Numbered from the stretch's first letter, positions 28,136-37,884 are shown. The stretch: DNA of 64,000 nucleotides from Geitlerinema sp. S16 (GCA_011390275.1 JAABST010000018.1:17204-81203); one strand, 5' to 3'. The notes: generated by a model not told the origin, from the sequence alone. Translations and numbers: made by a program.

Positions 28136-29371
28136 TTACGCCAAGGTTTCAAGCTCGATCGCACCATCGGCGGCGACCCAAACCAGTTGACGCACGCGAC
28201 GACGGAAGGCGTAATCACGGACGGTGGTCGGGGAAGCGGAGATTTCTTCGAGAGCCACTTCGACGCGATCGGCAGGATGCTCACGGCGCAGATCGCGGGC
28301 GTGGGCGTGGGCGGCGGCCTGAGCCGTCCCATCGCGGGGAACCACAAGCCAATCGGTCGCGGTAATGGAGGTGGGCAGGCGATCGCGGCTCTGCAAAATT
28401 TGCTGGAGTTCTTCAATACACAGCCCGAAACCAACACCGGGACGAGATTCGCCGGTGGGATGGTACAGCCCGAGCAGGTCGTCGTAGCGTCCGCCTTTGC
28501 CTAAAACGCAAGGCCCTGAGCTGGTTTCGATGACGACGGCGAAGACGATGCCGGTGTAGTAATCGAAGGTTTCGATCGTGCTCAGATCCAGGACGATGCG
28601 ATCGAGCATCGCGCCGTCGCGATCACTGGCTTCGAGGGTGGCGATCGTCGCCTTTAAGCCGCTCAAACTGCGCTGCTGATCGTCGTTCAGCTCAAAGCTC
28701 GCGAGCTGCTGTAAGACCGCTTTCGGCTGGCCGCGTAGCTCGAACAGAACTAAGGCGCGTTCCTGTAAATCCGCAGGTAAATCCATCTCGAAGAGGGCGA
28801 CGCGATCGAGCTGGGCGATCGCCATTCGGACTGACTCGCGTACCGCTTCGGGGAATGGTTCGAGCAGCGATCGGGTCAGTGCCGCCTGTCCGAGGACGAC
28901 TTTCCAATCGCTCAGATCCAACGCCGTGAGGCAATCCGACAGCAAGAGCAAAATTTCGGCATCGGCCATCGATCCGCCCGCACCGAGCAGCTCGACGCCC
29001 GCTTGGTGAAATTCGTGTTGGCGTCCGTGGCGGCTGTCCGGTTCGCGGCGAAAGACGTTGGTGTTGTAGTAGAGCCGCTGGGGGAACGATGCGCCGGTGA
29101 GCCGGGTGACGGCGGCGCGGGCGATCGAGGCGGTCAGTTCGGGACGGAGACCGAGCAGGCCATCCTCGGGATCTTGGATTTGGATCACGCTATCGGGATC
29201 GATCGCGCCGCCTGCCATCAACATATCGAGGCGTTCGAGGGTCGAGGTGACGATTTGATGGTAGCCCCAACGCGCGAAGACCGAATTGAGATGGGTTTCG
29301 ATCCATTGTTTCTGAGCGACATCGAGAGGGAGAAGATCCCGCGCTCCGGCGGGGGGCTGGAAGACCGTCAT
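28136..29371 (-). CDS. hisZ: ATP phosphoribosyltransferase regulatory subunit (HisRS paralogue)
   Basis: MTVFQPPAGARDLLPLDVAQKQWIE...FARWGYHQIVTSTLE matches HisZ. The track ORF extends to 29554, but the first 61 codons look non-coding, so the ATG at 29371 was chosen. Confidence 0.85.
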   Translation of the reverse strand: MTVFQPPAGARDLLPLDVAQKQWIETHLNSVFARWGYHQIVTSTLERLDMLMAGGAIDPDSVIQIQDPEDGLLGLRPELTASIARAAVTRLTGASFPQRLYYNTNVFRREPDSRHGRQHEFHQAGVELLGAGGSMADAEILLLLSDCLTALDLSDWKVVLGQAALTRSLLEPFPEAVRESVRMAIAQLDRVALFEMDLPADLQERALVLFELRGQPKAVLQQLASFELNDDQQRSLSGLKATIATLEASDRDGAMLDRIVLDLSTIETFDYYTGIVFAVVIETSSGPCVLGKGGRYDDLLGLYHPTGESRPGVGFGLCIEELQQILQSRDRLPTSITATDWLVVPRDGTAQAAAHAHARDLRREHPADRVEVALEEISASPTTVRDYAFRRRVRQLVWVAADGAIELETLA

Positions 29372-29668
29372 GGTGGGTGAGGCAGGCAATAAATAATTGA
29401 AATTGAGCGATGCGACGGGTGTTGTGCCGTGAGCTGCATAGCAAGCTGTGCCGAACGATACCAATTCGCACGCACAAACATACCGCGATCGGTGTGTTTC
29501 GCGGGTGTGTTTCGTGAATGTGTTTCGTGAATATGGGGAATTACCCTGCGACACAGCGACGGGCGGTAACTCCTACCGCAAGCCGTGCTAAATCTATGTC
29601 ACCATAAGAGATTCTAAAGACCCTTCGAGCCCCCTTCCCTGCCGATCGCCGCGATCGGTTCGTGCGCT

Positions 29669-30748
29669 ATGACTAAAGTCGTCGTCGGCCTGTCCGGTGG
29701 AGTCGATAGCTCCGCCAGTGCCGCTCTCTTACAACAACAAGGCTATGACGTCGTCGGCCTCACCCTCTGGCTCATGAAAGGAAAGGGTCAGTGCTGCTCG
29801 GAAGGATTGGTCGATGCTGCCGCCATTTGTGAGCAACTCGGAGTCGAGCATTATGTGGTCGATAGCCGTGAGGAATTCGAGAAATATATTGTTAATTTTT
29901 TAGTCGAAGGTTATAGCTCCGGGATTACGCCGCTGCCCTGTTCGCAGTGCAATAGCGCCGTCAAATTTGGCCCGATGCTCGCCTATGCCCGCGCGGAACT
30001 CGGCGCTGATTATATCGCTACGGGTCACTATGCCCGCGTCGATCGCGACCCCGACACCGGACGTTTTCGCCTCAAACGCGCCTTCGATCGCAACAAAGAT
30101 CAAACCTATTTTCTCTACGATCTTGACCAAGACGCCCTCGGTCATAGCCTTTTTCCCTTGGGTGAACGTCAGAAAACCGAAACCCGCCAAATCGCCGCCG
30201 AATCTGATCTCGTCACCGCTGATAAGCCCGAAAGCCAAGACCTCTGCCTCGTGGAAACCCACGGCACGATGCGCGACTTTTTAGCCAAATATCTCGCGCC
30301 CAAACCGGGCGACATCGTCGATACGGAGGGCAAGGTTTTAGGGCAACACGACGGCATTCAGAATTACACGATCGGCCAGCGCAAGGGCTTGGGGATCGCG
30401 GCGGCCAATCCGCTCTATGTCGTGGCGATCGATGCGGGCAAAAATCAGGTGATCGTCGGCGATCGCGATCGGGTTCACAGCGATCGTTGTAGCGTCAGCC
30501 GGGTGAACTGGGTCTCGATCGCCGCGCCGATCGCGCCGATCCGTGCCAGCGTCCAAGTACGTTACCGTAGCCCCGCCGTAGCCGCGACGATCGTGCCGCT
30601 GTCAAATCAGTGTGCCGCCATCCAGTTCGACGAGCCGCAATTTGGCATCACACCGGGACAGGCTGCGGTGTGGTACGACGACGACGTATTACTCGGTGGT
30701 GGCATCATCGATCGGCCAGAAAGCTCTGATCCGCTCAATAGCATTTGA
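29669..30748 (+). CDS. mnmA: tRNA 2-thiouridine(34) synthase
   Basis: The PP-loop motif [18 protein letters not shown] is present, together with the conserved ...CSQCN...GHYARV... pattern. Confidence 0.95.
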   Translation: MTKVVVGLSGGVDSSASAALLQQQGYDVVGLTLWLMKGKGQCCSEGLVDAAAICEQLGVEHYVVDSREEFEKYIVNFLVEGYSSGITPLPCSQCNSAVKFGPMLAYARAELGADYIATGHYARVDRDPDTGRFRLKRAFDRNKDQTYFLYDLDQDALGHSLFPLGERQKTETRQIAAESDLVTADKPESQDLCLVETHGTMRDFLAKYLAPKPGDIVDTEGKVLGQHDGIQNYTIGQRKGLGIAAANPLYVVAIDAGKNQVIVGDRDRVHSDRCSVSRVNWVSIAAPIAPIRASVQVRYRSPAVAATIVPLSNQCAAIQFDEPQFGITPGQAAVWYDDDVLLGGGIIDRPESSDPLNSI

Positions 30749-30876
30749 GTATTTTTACCTTGCTCGATATTGCTTGAACATTGTTTAGTTCGAACAATTC
30801 GAGGAGAATAGCATTTGAGTATTTTTACCTTGCTCGATATTGCTTGAACATTGTTTAGTTCGAACAATTCGAGGAG
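30737..30876 (+). repeat. Perfect 2 x 70-bp tandem duplication spanning the mnmA stop codon
   Basis: The unit AATAGCATTTGAGTATTTTTACCTTGCTCGATATTGCTTGAACATTGTTTAGTTCGAACAATTCGAGGAG occupies 30737..30806 and is repeated identically at 30807..30876. Confidence 0.9.
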
Positions 30877-31276
30877 AATTGTTCGAGCGGAGTTTAGACA
30901 ATTTTGATGCATCATTACGATTGCAACCGACTTGTAAAGTTTTACGGATAATTGTGATCTTAAAAACAGCGATTATGAGAGGCTGAAGCCTAATTTCATC
31001 ATCCAAGAACATTAGGATTATTGAGTCTTTTTTAATCCTATTGACGAGTTCACAAAAGCCTATAAGTCCTTCTAGCTATAGCTTTTTGATTTTTTGTGCG
31101 TTTTTTGTGCAGAGTCTCACCTTCGTGAATCTTAAGGAAGTACATGAAATATTACATAAATATTAAACAGCCCTCTTTTGCTATTTATTGCATCAATCAA
31201 AAACGAATCGACCTGAGAGATATGGTAGATGCATCGTCCCCACATGAGTCGGGAAAACTAGATTGAGAAAACGATC

Positions 31277-32062
31277 ATGAAAGTCCGTCATCTCTTACGA
31301 GGCTACGAGGCGGGAAACCGAAACTTCGCTGGTGTTGATCTGCACAGCGTCCACCTCGAACGCACAACCCTAATTGGGGTTGATTTTACTAGCGCGAATT
31401 TGATGGGGTCTGTCTTTTCCCGATCGTTTCTCAGCAAAACGGTCTTCGATCGAGCCTCGCTCAACTGGGTCGATCTCACCTTCGCCAAGCTCAACAATTC
31501 GCGCTTTGTGGCCTCGGATCTCACCAAAGCTAGCCTGGACGGTATCTTCGCGGTGGATACCGACCTATCCGCCGCCAAGTTAAGCGGCACACAACTGCGC
31601 GGCGCAAACCTATGCGGCGCAAGCCTACGCCAAGCCAACCTACGCGGCGCGAACCTAACGGGGGTGAACCTACGCGGAGCCGACCTCTCCGGCGCGGATC
31701 TTCGCTGGGCGAATTTGAGTGGCGCACGCATGAGCGGAGCCAAGCTTGATGGTGCGCTTCTCGAAGAGACGATTTTCACCGGAGCTTGGTTAAATGGCGT
31801 GAATTGGTCAGGAGCGGATTTGTCTCACCTGAAGTTTGAAGAAGCTAAGCTCAGCGGAGCCAATCTTGAGCGCACGAATTTAGCCCAGACGAATCTTCGC
31901 TATGCGGTGTTACACGGGGCTCTTCTGCGTGAGGCGAATTTAACAGGGGTGGATTTTACGGGAGCCTCGCTTGAGGCCGCAGATTTACGAGAGACCAATC
32001 TCAGTCAGGCAACGTTCGATCGCGCCAACCTAACACGAGCTCAACTGACGGGAACCTATTAA
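31277..32062 (+). CDS. Pentapeptide-repeat protein
   Basis: Almost the whole 261 aa consists of A(N/D)LXX repeats (GANLCGASLRQANLRGANLTGVNLRGADLSGADLRWANLSGARMSGAKL). Confidence 0.85.
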   Translation: MKVRHLLRGYEAGNRNFAGVDLHSVHLERTTLIGVDFTSANLMGSVFSRSFLSKTVFDRASLNWVDLTFAKLNNSRFVASDLTKASLDGIFAVDTDLSAAKLSGTQLRGANLCGASLRQANLRGANLTGVNLRGADLSGADLRWANLSGARMSGAKLDGALLEETIFTGAWLNGVNWSGADLSHLKFEEAKLSGANLERTNLAQTNLRYAVLHGALLREANLTGVDFTGASLEAADLRETNLSQATFDRANLTRAQLTGTY

Positions 32063-32093
32063 CGTGAGTTCGGGATAAGCAATCCAGAGAAGA

Positions 32094-32286
32094 GTGCAAC
32101 AACGAAATAAACGTTTCTGGGATGGGCGATTATTACAACGGCTGCACCAACGATTCCGTTTGGTGGTTGAGTTTGTCGAATTCCAGTGCTTTAATCCTGA
32201 ACAAAAAAATTTCAATGAGATCGGAGTCAGCATAACGGAGCAATACGGACAGCAAGGGGAGGAAGATCATTTTTTAGAAGTGAAAC
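32094..32286 (+). repeat. Dispersed repeat family 2, copy B (contains a ~100-nt internal insertion relative to copy A)
   Basis: GTGCAACAACGAAATAAACGTTTCTGGGATGGGCGATTATT ... CGGAGCAATACGGACAGCAAGG..AAGAT..TTAGAAGTGAAAC aligns with 9162..9295. Confidence 0.6.
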
Positions 32287-32432
32287 CTTCTCCTGCTGGT
32301 ATCGCTTTCACAGCGTACCCTGGGCAGCAGAACCCGCGATCGTTGTTGGCTTGCTGTACCTATTTTTCGTGGCAGCAACCAGCCGTAAATTCAGTTAGCA
32401 TCAATCGTTCGACCTCAAACAAAAAAGGATGC

Positions 32433-32464
32433 AAAAAAAGAGGCAAGGTTAAACACCTCACCTC
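32433..32464 (-). terminator. Candidate terminator of glnN
   Basis: On the minus strand, a hairpin GAGGTGAGGT..ACCTTGCCTC with two mismatches is followed by TTTTTTT. It lies 54 nt after the glnN stop. Confidence 0.5.
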
Positions 32465-32517
32465 TTTTAACTTATTAGAGATCAATCGGATGAACTCTCA
32501 GAAAACGAGCTGCAATT

Positions 32518-34692
32518 CTACTTGATAAACAGCATTTCCTGATACGTCGGCAACGGCCAGAAGCTATCTGCAATCTCACCTTCCAACGAATCCGCGTAAA
32601 CCCGCGTTTGATCCATTAGAGGACGCAGAGTTTGAGAGCAATACTGCATCTTGTCCTCCGTGCTGGCAAAATCATGCTTCTGCAACGCTGCACTCAACTC
32701 ATCCACGGTCGCCATCATCGACTTACTCAGATCCGCGATGCCTTGCGCACTCGCTTTATCAAAGTCAATACCGAGTCCACTCAAACTCGAAATCGTCGAA
32801 GACAGTTTCGAGAGGTACTCCACAACCGTCGGGTAGATGATGGTTTTCACCATATTCACCACGAGCTTCGCTTCAACCTCGATCGACAGGATGTACTGCT
32901 CTGCATAGACTTCAAAGCGGCTTTCCAGTTCCACCGAAGTTAACACGCCCGTCTTCGTGAACAGATCCTCAACGTAATCTGCTTTTAGGCTTGGCAATGC
33001 ATCTGCGGTCGTACGCAGGTTCGCCAACCCACGCTCCTCTACCGCCATGGTGTGCCACTCCTCAGAGTAACCATTACCGCCAAACACAACGGCGCTGTGC
33101 TCTTCCATGACTTCCTTCAGGACAGTCAGAATGGCGACACTCAACTCCATGCCATCAGAGAGACAAACTTCGAGTCGATTACCAATCCAATCGAGCGAAT
33201 CCGCCAACATTGTGTTCAACACAATCAGTGGGCCGGAAACTGACTGACTCGAACCCACAGCACGGAATTCAAATCGGTTGCCGGTGAAAGCGAACGGCGA
33301 GGTGCGGTTACGATCGCCCGCATCCTTGGTGAGCGGAGGCAGTACATCCACCCCAAGATCCATCACCCCTTTCTGCTTCGAGCCGGTAACTGAGCCTGTC
33401 TTGATTTGCTCAAAGACTTCTTCGAGCTGCGTGCCGAGATAGACGGACATGATCGCCGGAGGCGCTTCGTTCGCTCCCAAACGATGGTCGTTGCTCGCCG
33501 TGGCGATCGCCGCCCGCATCAACGGCCCATACTTATGCACACCTCGGATGACCGCGCCACAGAACACCAAGAACTGCGCATTATCCTGAGGCGAATCGCC
33601 CGGATCGAGCAGATTACCTTGGGTGGAGTTACCCACCGACCAGTTCACGTGCTTACCCGATCCGTTAATTCCGGCAAAGGGCTTTTCGTGCAACAGGCAA
33701 GAGAAACCATGCTTCTTCGCCGTGTTTTTCAGCACAGTCATGATCAATTGTTGGTGATCACTAGCGACGTTTGCCGCTTCAAAAAAGGGCGCAATCTCAA
33801 ACTGACCCGGAGCCACTTCGTTGTGTCGTGTCTTCGCCGGAATACCGAGTTTGTACAGGGTTTCTTCCACGTCTTGCATGAACACCTGAACACGCTCAGG
33901 AATCGCACCGAAGTAGTGATCGTCGAACTCTTGACCTTTGGCAGGAGCTTTGCCAAATAGCGTTCTTCCCGCAATCAGCAGGTCAGGACGCTGACTCGCA
34001 AAATGCGAATCCACCAAAAAATATTCTTGTTCAGCACCACAGCTCGAATTGACGTGCGCAACGTCGGTATGACCGAGCAATTTCAAAACTTTGCTTGCCG
34101 CCTTGTCCATCGCCGCGATCGATCGCAGCAAGGGCACTTTCTTGTCGAGCGCTTCGCCAGTCCAGGAGACAAATACGGTGGGAATACACAACGTGGCACC
34201 GTTGTCGGTTTCCATGATGTAGGCCGGGCTGGTCACATCCCAACCGGTATAGCCTCGGGCTTCAAACGTATCTCGGATGCCGCCATTGGGGAATGATGAA
34301 CCATCCGGCTCACCCTGTACCAGCACCTTGCCGGAAAATTCTGAAATGACGCTACCGTCGCCTTGAACCGAGATGAAACCATCGTGCTTTTCCGCCGACA
34401 GGTTCGTCATCGGGTAGAACACGTGAGCGTAGTACAGTGCGCCTTTCGAGGTAGCCCAGTCACGCATAGCCGTTGCCACAGCATCAGCGACTAATGGATC
34501 GAGTTTCTCGCCCGTCACGATCGTCTTCTTGACCGATTTAAAAACGTTTTTGGGCAGGCTCGCCTGCATTTTACTGAGGTTGAAGACATTCTCAGCCCAG
34601 ATGCTTTCTAGGCGAGCTGGTGGCTTCGGCGGTAGTGCTGTGCGGTTGACAATTTGCTGAACCGCTTGAATACGTGCTTCATTTCCACTCAT
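32518..34692 (-). CDS. glnN: Type III glutamine synthetase
   Basis: The 724-aa length and sequence are typical of GlnN (…[21 protein letters not shown]…[10 protein letters not shown]…[10 protein letters not shown]…). Confidence 0.95.
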   Translation of the reverse strand: MSGNEARIQAVQQIVNRTALPPKPPARLESIWAENVFNLSKMQASLPKNVFKSVKKTIVTGEKLDPLVADAVATAMRDWATSKGALYYAHVFYPMTNLSAEKHDGFISVQGDGSVISEFSGKVLVQGEPDGSSFPNGGIRDTFEARGYTGWDVTSPAYIMETDNGATLCIPTVFVSWTGEALDKKVPLLRSIAAMDKAASKVLKLLGHTDVAHVNSSCGAEQEYFLVDSHFASQRPDLLIAGRTLFGKAPAKGQEFDDHYFGAIPERVQVFMQDVEETLYKLGIPAKTRHNEVAPGQFEIAPFFEAANVASDHQQLIMTVLKNTAKKHGFSCLLHEKPFAGINGSGKHVNWSVGNSTQGNLLDPGDSPQDNAQFLVFCGAVIRGVHKYGPLMRAAIATASNDHRLGANEAPPAIMSVYLGTQLEEVFEQIKTGSVTGSKQKGVMDLGVDVLPPLTKDAGDRNRTSPFAFTGNRFEFRAVGSSQSVSGPLIVLNTMLADSLDWIGNRLEVCLSDGMELSVAILTVLKEVMEEHSAVVFGGNGYSEEWHTMAVEERGLANLRTTADALPSLKADYVEDLFTKTGVLTSVELESRFEVYAEQYILSIEVEAKLVVNMVKTIIYPTVVEYLSKLSSTISSLSGLGIDFDKASAQGIADLSKSMMATVDELSAALQKHDFASTEDKMQYCSQTLRPLMDQTRVYADSLEGEIADSFWPLPTYQEMLFIK

Positions 34693-35125
34693 GATTCTTT
34701 CCGCAACTTTGCTGCTTCCAAAACGTTAACTGTACAATCGTATTTAAGACGAACCATCGCAATAGACCTCAAACAGACAAAAACAACAGTAACTCAACTG
34801 ACGTTGTAGACACTGGGTTACTGTATGACGAGGGCTATGACGCTACTGAGCCAGAGGGTCTAGCGTTAGCGGGTCTATTAATGTGTTCGTAAAAATTTTT
34901 TCGCAAGAAAAGGGCGCTACTAAGTCCGGTTAAGACAAAATAGAGTACTAGGTTATTATCTTCTGCGAGGGGAAATAATAATTTCAAGACTCAGAATTCT
35001 GCGTCTACAGGTTTAGCAACGCCTAGCAAGAAGTACCTATAAGACCTAATTCAGGACTTACGAAGAAATTATTCAAGGCTTAAACTTGATTGACTGTAGT
35101 TATCTCATGAACGGTAGCCCCTAAT

Positions 35126-35141
35126 TGTACTCAATGCTACA
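35126..35141. promoter_or_regulatory. Perfect NtcA-type palindrome TGTA-N8-TACA
   Basis: tGTActcaatgcTACa lies about 435 nt upstream of the glnN start. No convincing TAN3T -10 box was found at the canonical 22-nt spacing on either strand. Confidence 0.3.
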
Positions 35142-35380
35142 AACTCTTCCAGAAATAATGCCGTGGAAGACAGAGGGTGGCTAACTGGAACGCATGTACA
35201 GAAAATGTCTAGTCAAGACAAGCTGATATCGCTCAAATAAGCCTCTAGATATAGATCTTAGATTATTGTCGCAATAAAACAAAGAAGCGTGCCTCAGCTT
35301 GATCAGCTCCTTAACTTGACGTTTCCTGGTCTGTTAATCACATTTTCGCTTGAACGGTCTCGGAGGGAGGGTCTTGAATA

Positions 35381-35513
35381 CTAGGGGCTGTCATCAATTA
35401 AATGTCTAGCGCTTACCCAGTAAGGGTTACAGCCCCTAGCTTTTTTTTGTTGGGTCGGGAGTTTAACAGCTTACCCGATAAGGGTTCTACGATTAATTGA
35501 TGACACGCCCTAG
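35381..35513. mobile_element. MITE family 1, copy 3
   Basis: CTAGGGGCTGTCATCAATTAAA ... TTAATTGATGACACGCCCTAG. It sits inside the long glnN-upstream intergenic region. Confidence 0.75.
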
Positions 35514-35661
35514 CACATGAATACAGCGCCATTCTGTGGGTCGATCGCTTGTCCGTAAGTTTGAGGACTGACAAACTTTTCTGCGTTAATCAGATCCCGA
35601 ACTCACATTAATCCAGTCTGCATTGCGGACTGGTTACATCGATTAGCTTGCGATTACACGC

Positions 35662-35701
35662 AAAAACAAGCCGCATAGTTGTAATTCTGCGGCTTGTTTT
35701 T
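35662..35701 (-). terminator. Strong bidirectional rho-independent terminator downstream of the RGSGR ORF
   Basis: The stem ACAAGCCGCA/TGCGGCTTGT is flanked by AAAAA and TTTTT. Confidence 0.75.
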
Positions 35702-35878
35702 ACCTTACTCAAATGAATTGAACCAGGCCAGAATCATAAACCTTTCTCTTGATTATTCCAGATTGGAATAAGCTCGAAATGATGATGATCCGTGCTGTCT
35801 GCGATCGTTTGTCAGGGTGAAATGTGTTTGTAGAGCGTACTGTTACTTGAAGTTTATGGGTCGTTGAAAACGAAAAAA

Positions 35879-36052
35879 CTAGCGACCACTACCGCGATAA
35901 GGAGCAATGGAGTCGTTCGCATTTTCGGCTTCGGTTGCACGAATAAAACTGGTATCGAACTGTGCAGATGCGTGAGCAGGCAGGATGTGGAGATTGATGG
36001 CAACGCCGATCATAAGAAAACCAGAAATCCAAAGAGCGTTAGAGATGCGCAT
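35879..36052 (-). CDS. Candidate PatS/PatX-like small secreted peptide ending in RGSGR (57 aa)
   Basis: Hand translation gives MRISNALWISGFLMIGVAINLHILPAHASAQFDTSFIRATEAENANDSIAPYRGSGR*. The ORF is below the track cutoff. It has a hydrophobic signal-like N-terminus, a C-terminal RGSGR and its own downstream terminator. Confidence 0.5.
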   Translation of the reverse strand: MRISNALWISGFLMIGVAINLHILPAHASAQFDTSFIRATEAENANDSIAPYRGSGR

Positions 36053-36355
36053 GATTTTAATCGTTTAATGCGTTCATTTCTAAGTACCTCGGATGGTTAA
36101 GTGCATCCGGGAAAAATCAAAATGACAGTGTGATTTTTTTGCACTTACTTCCAGCAGAATCGACCCTCGCAAGGAAGAGAGAGGAGGGGATAGCAGCTCC
36201 ACAAAGCCTGACTTCGTATAGTTCTGGAGCGATCGCGCCTGTGGGATCGAGATCAATCGAGTACGTCAGAACACACGCGAGTCAACCCGTCGCGCCGATG
36301 GCAATACACCCATCACGATCGCCTGACCGGCTCTCAAAACCAACTTAGAACAAAT

Positions 36356-36784
36356 TCAAAATAAACTTAAAATCTCCCGACAACAGCGTTTGAACTTCGC
36401 TTGTATTTCTGGATTCGGCTCACTCTGACCACGAAACTCCCACCATTCCACCGTGGAAAGCCGCCATTGCTGACCACGATGGTCATACCCCGCCAGCTCA
36501 AGCCCGATCGCGCGACGTTGCTGCTCTAACGGATCGTCATGAAAGCGGATCTGCACCAACAGGCTACGGCACTGGCTCGATCGGCTCAATCCTGGAAAAT
36601 GAAACCCAATATCGATCGAGTCGGGATCGACGAGATCTCGGGTGTCGGGGTCATTTGTCCAGGGCTTGAGATCGGAACGAAGATCCGGAAACTCCGTCTT
36701 AAATAAATTAACGATCGCGGCAATCTTAGTTGCCATGGCGATATCTCGCGCTTGTTCGGCAGCGTTCATCGGCGCTTTCCTCAC
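36356..36784 (-). CDS. Hypothetical protein
   Basis: 142-aa track ORF with plausible composition and no recognised motif. An alternative start is M6. Confidence 0.45.
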   Translation of the reverse strand: MRKAPMNAAEQARDIAMATKIAAIVNLFKTEFPDLRSDLKPWTNDPDTRDLVDPDSIDIGFHFPGLSRSSQCRSLLVQIRFHDDPLEQQRRAIGLELAGYDHRGQQWRLSTVEWWEFRGQSEPNPEIQAKFKRCCREILSLF

Positions 36785-36920
36785 GCTACGTAAACCTTAG
36801 TTTAAAAGGTTAACGATTTAATGTACATTCGCAAGCACTCTTTGAACAGTTTTCTAAAGATGCGAACGATTTTGAGGTGCGATCGCCCTCATCCTACGTT
36901 TCACGTAAAACATCTTTAAG

Positions 36921-37844
36921 ATGGTTAAAGTTTCCTTTTGCTCAATCATTATGCTGCGTTCGATTGTTCGTTGGGCTATGCGTTGCCTGCTCATGGCGGT
37001 CTTCGGCATGGGTTGTCTATTCGGTCATGCCGCCATTGCCTCTGCTGATCTCGCTTCGCCAGCGATGGTCACGACCGTCTCGTCTCCGTTGATCGGCCTC
37101 ACCAATCTCGATCTTGATCGGCTCGATGGCGTCTCGCGTGCGGCCACGGCTGCTGGAGGACTCGGCGATTTTGAGCTAGCCGAACGTGGCTGGACACAGA
37201 TTATCGAGGAAATGCCCGAAAATGCCGCTGCATGGAGCAATCGCGGCAATATTCGCATCGGTCTCAATCAGCTAGACGCCGCGATCGATGACTATACCCG
37301 ATCGATCGAACTCGCCCCAAATATCACCGACCCGTATATCAATCGCGGAGCCGCCTACGAAGCGCAGCAAAACTGGGACGCGGCGATCGCCGACTACAAC
37401 GAAGCGATCGCGATCGATGATCATGACCCCGCCGCCTATAACAATCGTGGCAACGCCCAAGCACGACAAGGAGACTGGGATAGCGCCCTTTCGGACTACC
37501 AACGCGCGATCGCGATCGATCCAAAGTTTTCCCTCGCACGCCTGAATGTCGCCTTTGCCAAATACGAACTAGGCCGCGATGATCAAGCGATCCGTGAGCT
37601 ACGCAGTCTCGTGCGAAAATACCCCAGCTTTGTCGATGCCCGCGCTGCCCTCACAGCAGCCTACTGGCAAAGCGGACAGCGCGGTCAGGCCGAAAGTAAC
37701 TGGGTCGCCGTCAATGGTCTCGATCAGCGCTACCAGGATATTGACTGGGTTGAACATATACGACGCTGGCCACCGCGTTTTGTCGCAGGCTTGCAGGCAT
37801 TTCTAGCGCTGGAATCGCCGAATTCGGCGATACAGTCCAACTAA
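36921..37844 (+). CDS. TPR-repeat protein with an N-terminal membrane/signal segment
   Basis: Repeated TPR consensus is present (AAWSNRGNIRIGLNQLDAAIDDYTRSIELAPN, YINRGAAYEAQQNWDAAIADYNEAIAIDD, YNNRGNAQARQGDWDSALSDYQRAIAIDP). Confidence 0.8.
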   Translation: MVKVSFCSIIMLRSIVRWAMRCLLMAVFGMGCLFGHAAIASADLASPAMVTTVSSPLIGLTNLDLDRLDGVSRAATAAGGLGDFELAERGWTQIIEEMPENAAAWSNRGNIRIGLNQLDAAIDDYTRSIELAPNITDPYINRGAAYEAQQNWDAAIADYNEAIAIDDHDPAAYNNRGNAQARQGDWDSALSDYQRAIAIDPKFSLARLNVAFAKYELGRDDQAIRELRSLVRKYPSFVDARAALTAAYWQSGQRGQAESNWVAVNGLDQRYQDIDWVEHIRRWPPRFVAGLQAFLALESPNSAIQSN

Positions 37845-37884
37845 GACAGAACCAGATTTCGTATAGAAGAGAGATTATAGCTAT

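Noticed and set aside
28136-29554. Full 472-aa version of the hisZ ORF
   Set aside because: The first 61 codons (MSQGNSPYSRNTFTKHTRETHRSRYVCACEL...) are not HisZ-like and contain the 13-nt tandem repeats. The HisZ homology begins at MTVFQPPAGARDLL (ATG 29371).
30607-31012. Two minus-strand ORFs of 102 and 75 aa downstream of mnmA
   Set aside because: Both contain the same peptide [22 protein letters not shown] because they read through the two copies of the 70-bp duplication. The first also overlaps the mnmA 3' end in antisense.
32094-32525. 143-aa + ORF between the pentapeptide gene and glnN
   Set aside because: It starts at a GTG inside dispersed repeat B. The homologous copy A has an in-frame stop after 8 codons. 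The composition is odd (Q/N/K/C-rich) and the ORF covers the glnN terminator region.
35150-35200. Possible glutamine (glnA-motif) riboswitch near the NtcA-like site
   Set aside because: Only loose resemblance was found (GTGGAAGACAGAGGG...CTGGAACGC). The complementary CGUUC needed for the closing P1 stem is absent on either strand at the right distance.
35864-36100. 78-aa + ORF in the glnN-upstream spacer
   Set aside because: It is antisense to the 57-codon RGSGR ORF and has no signal or motif of its own. The minus-strand reading has a far more protein-like architecture and a matching terminator.
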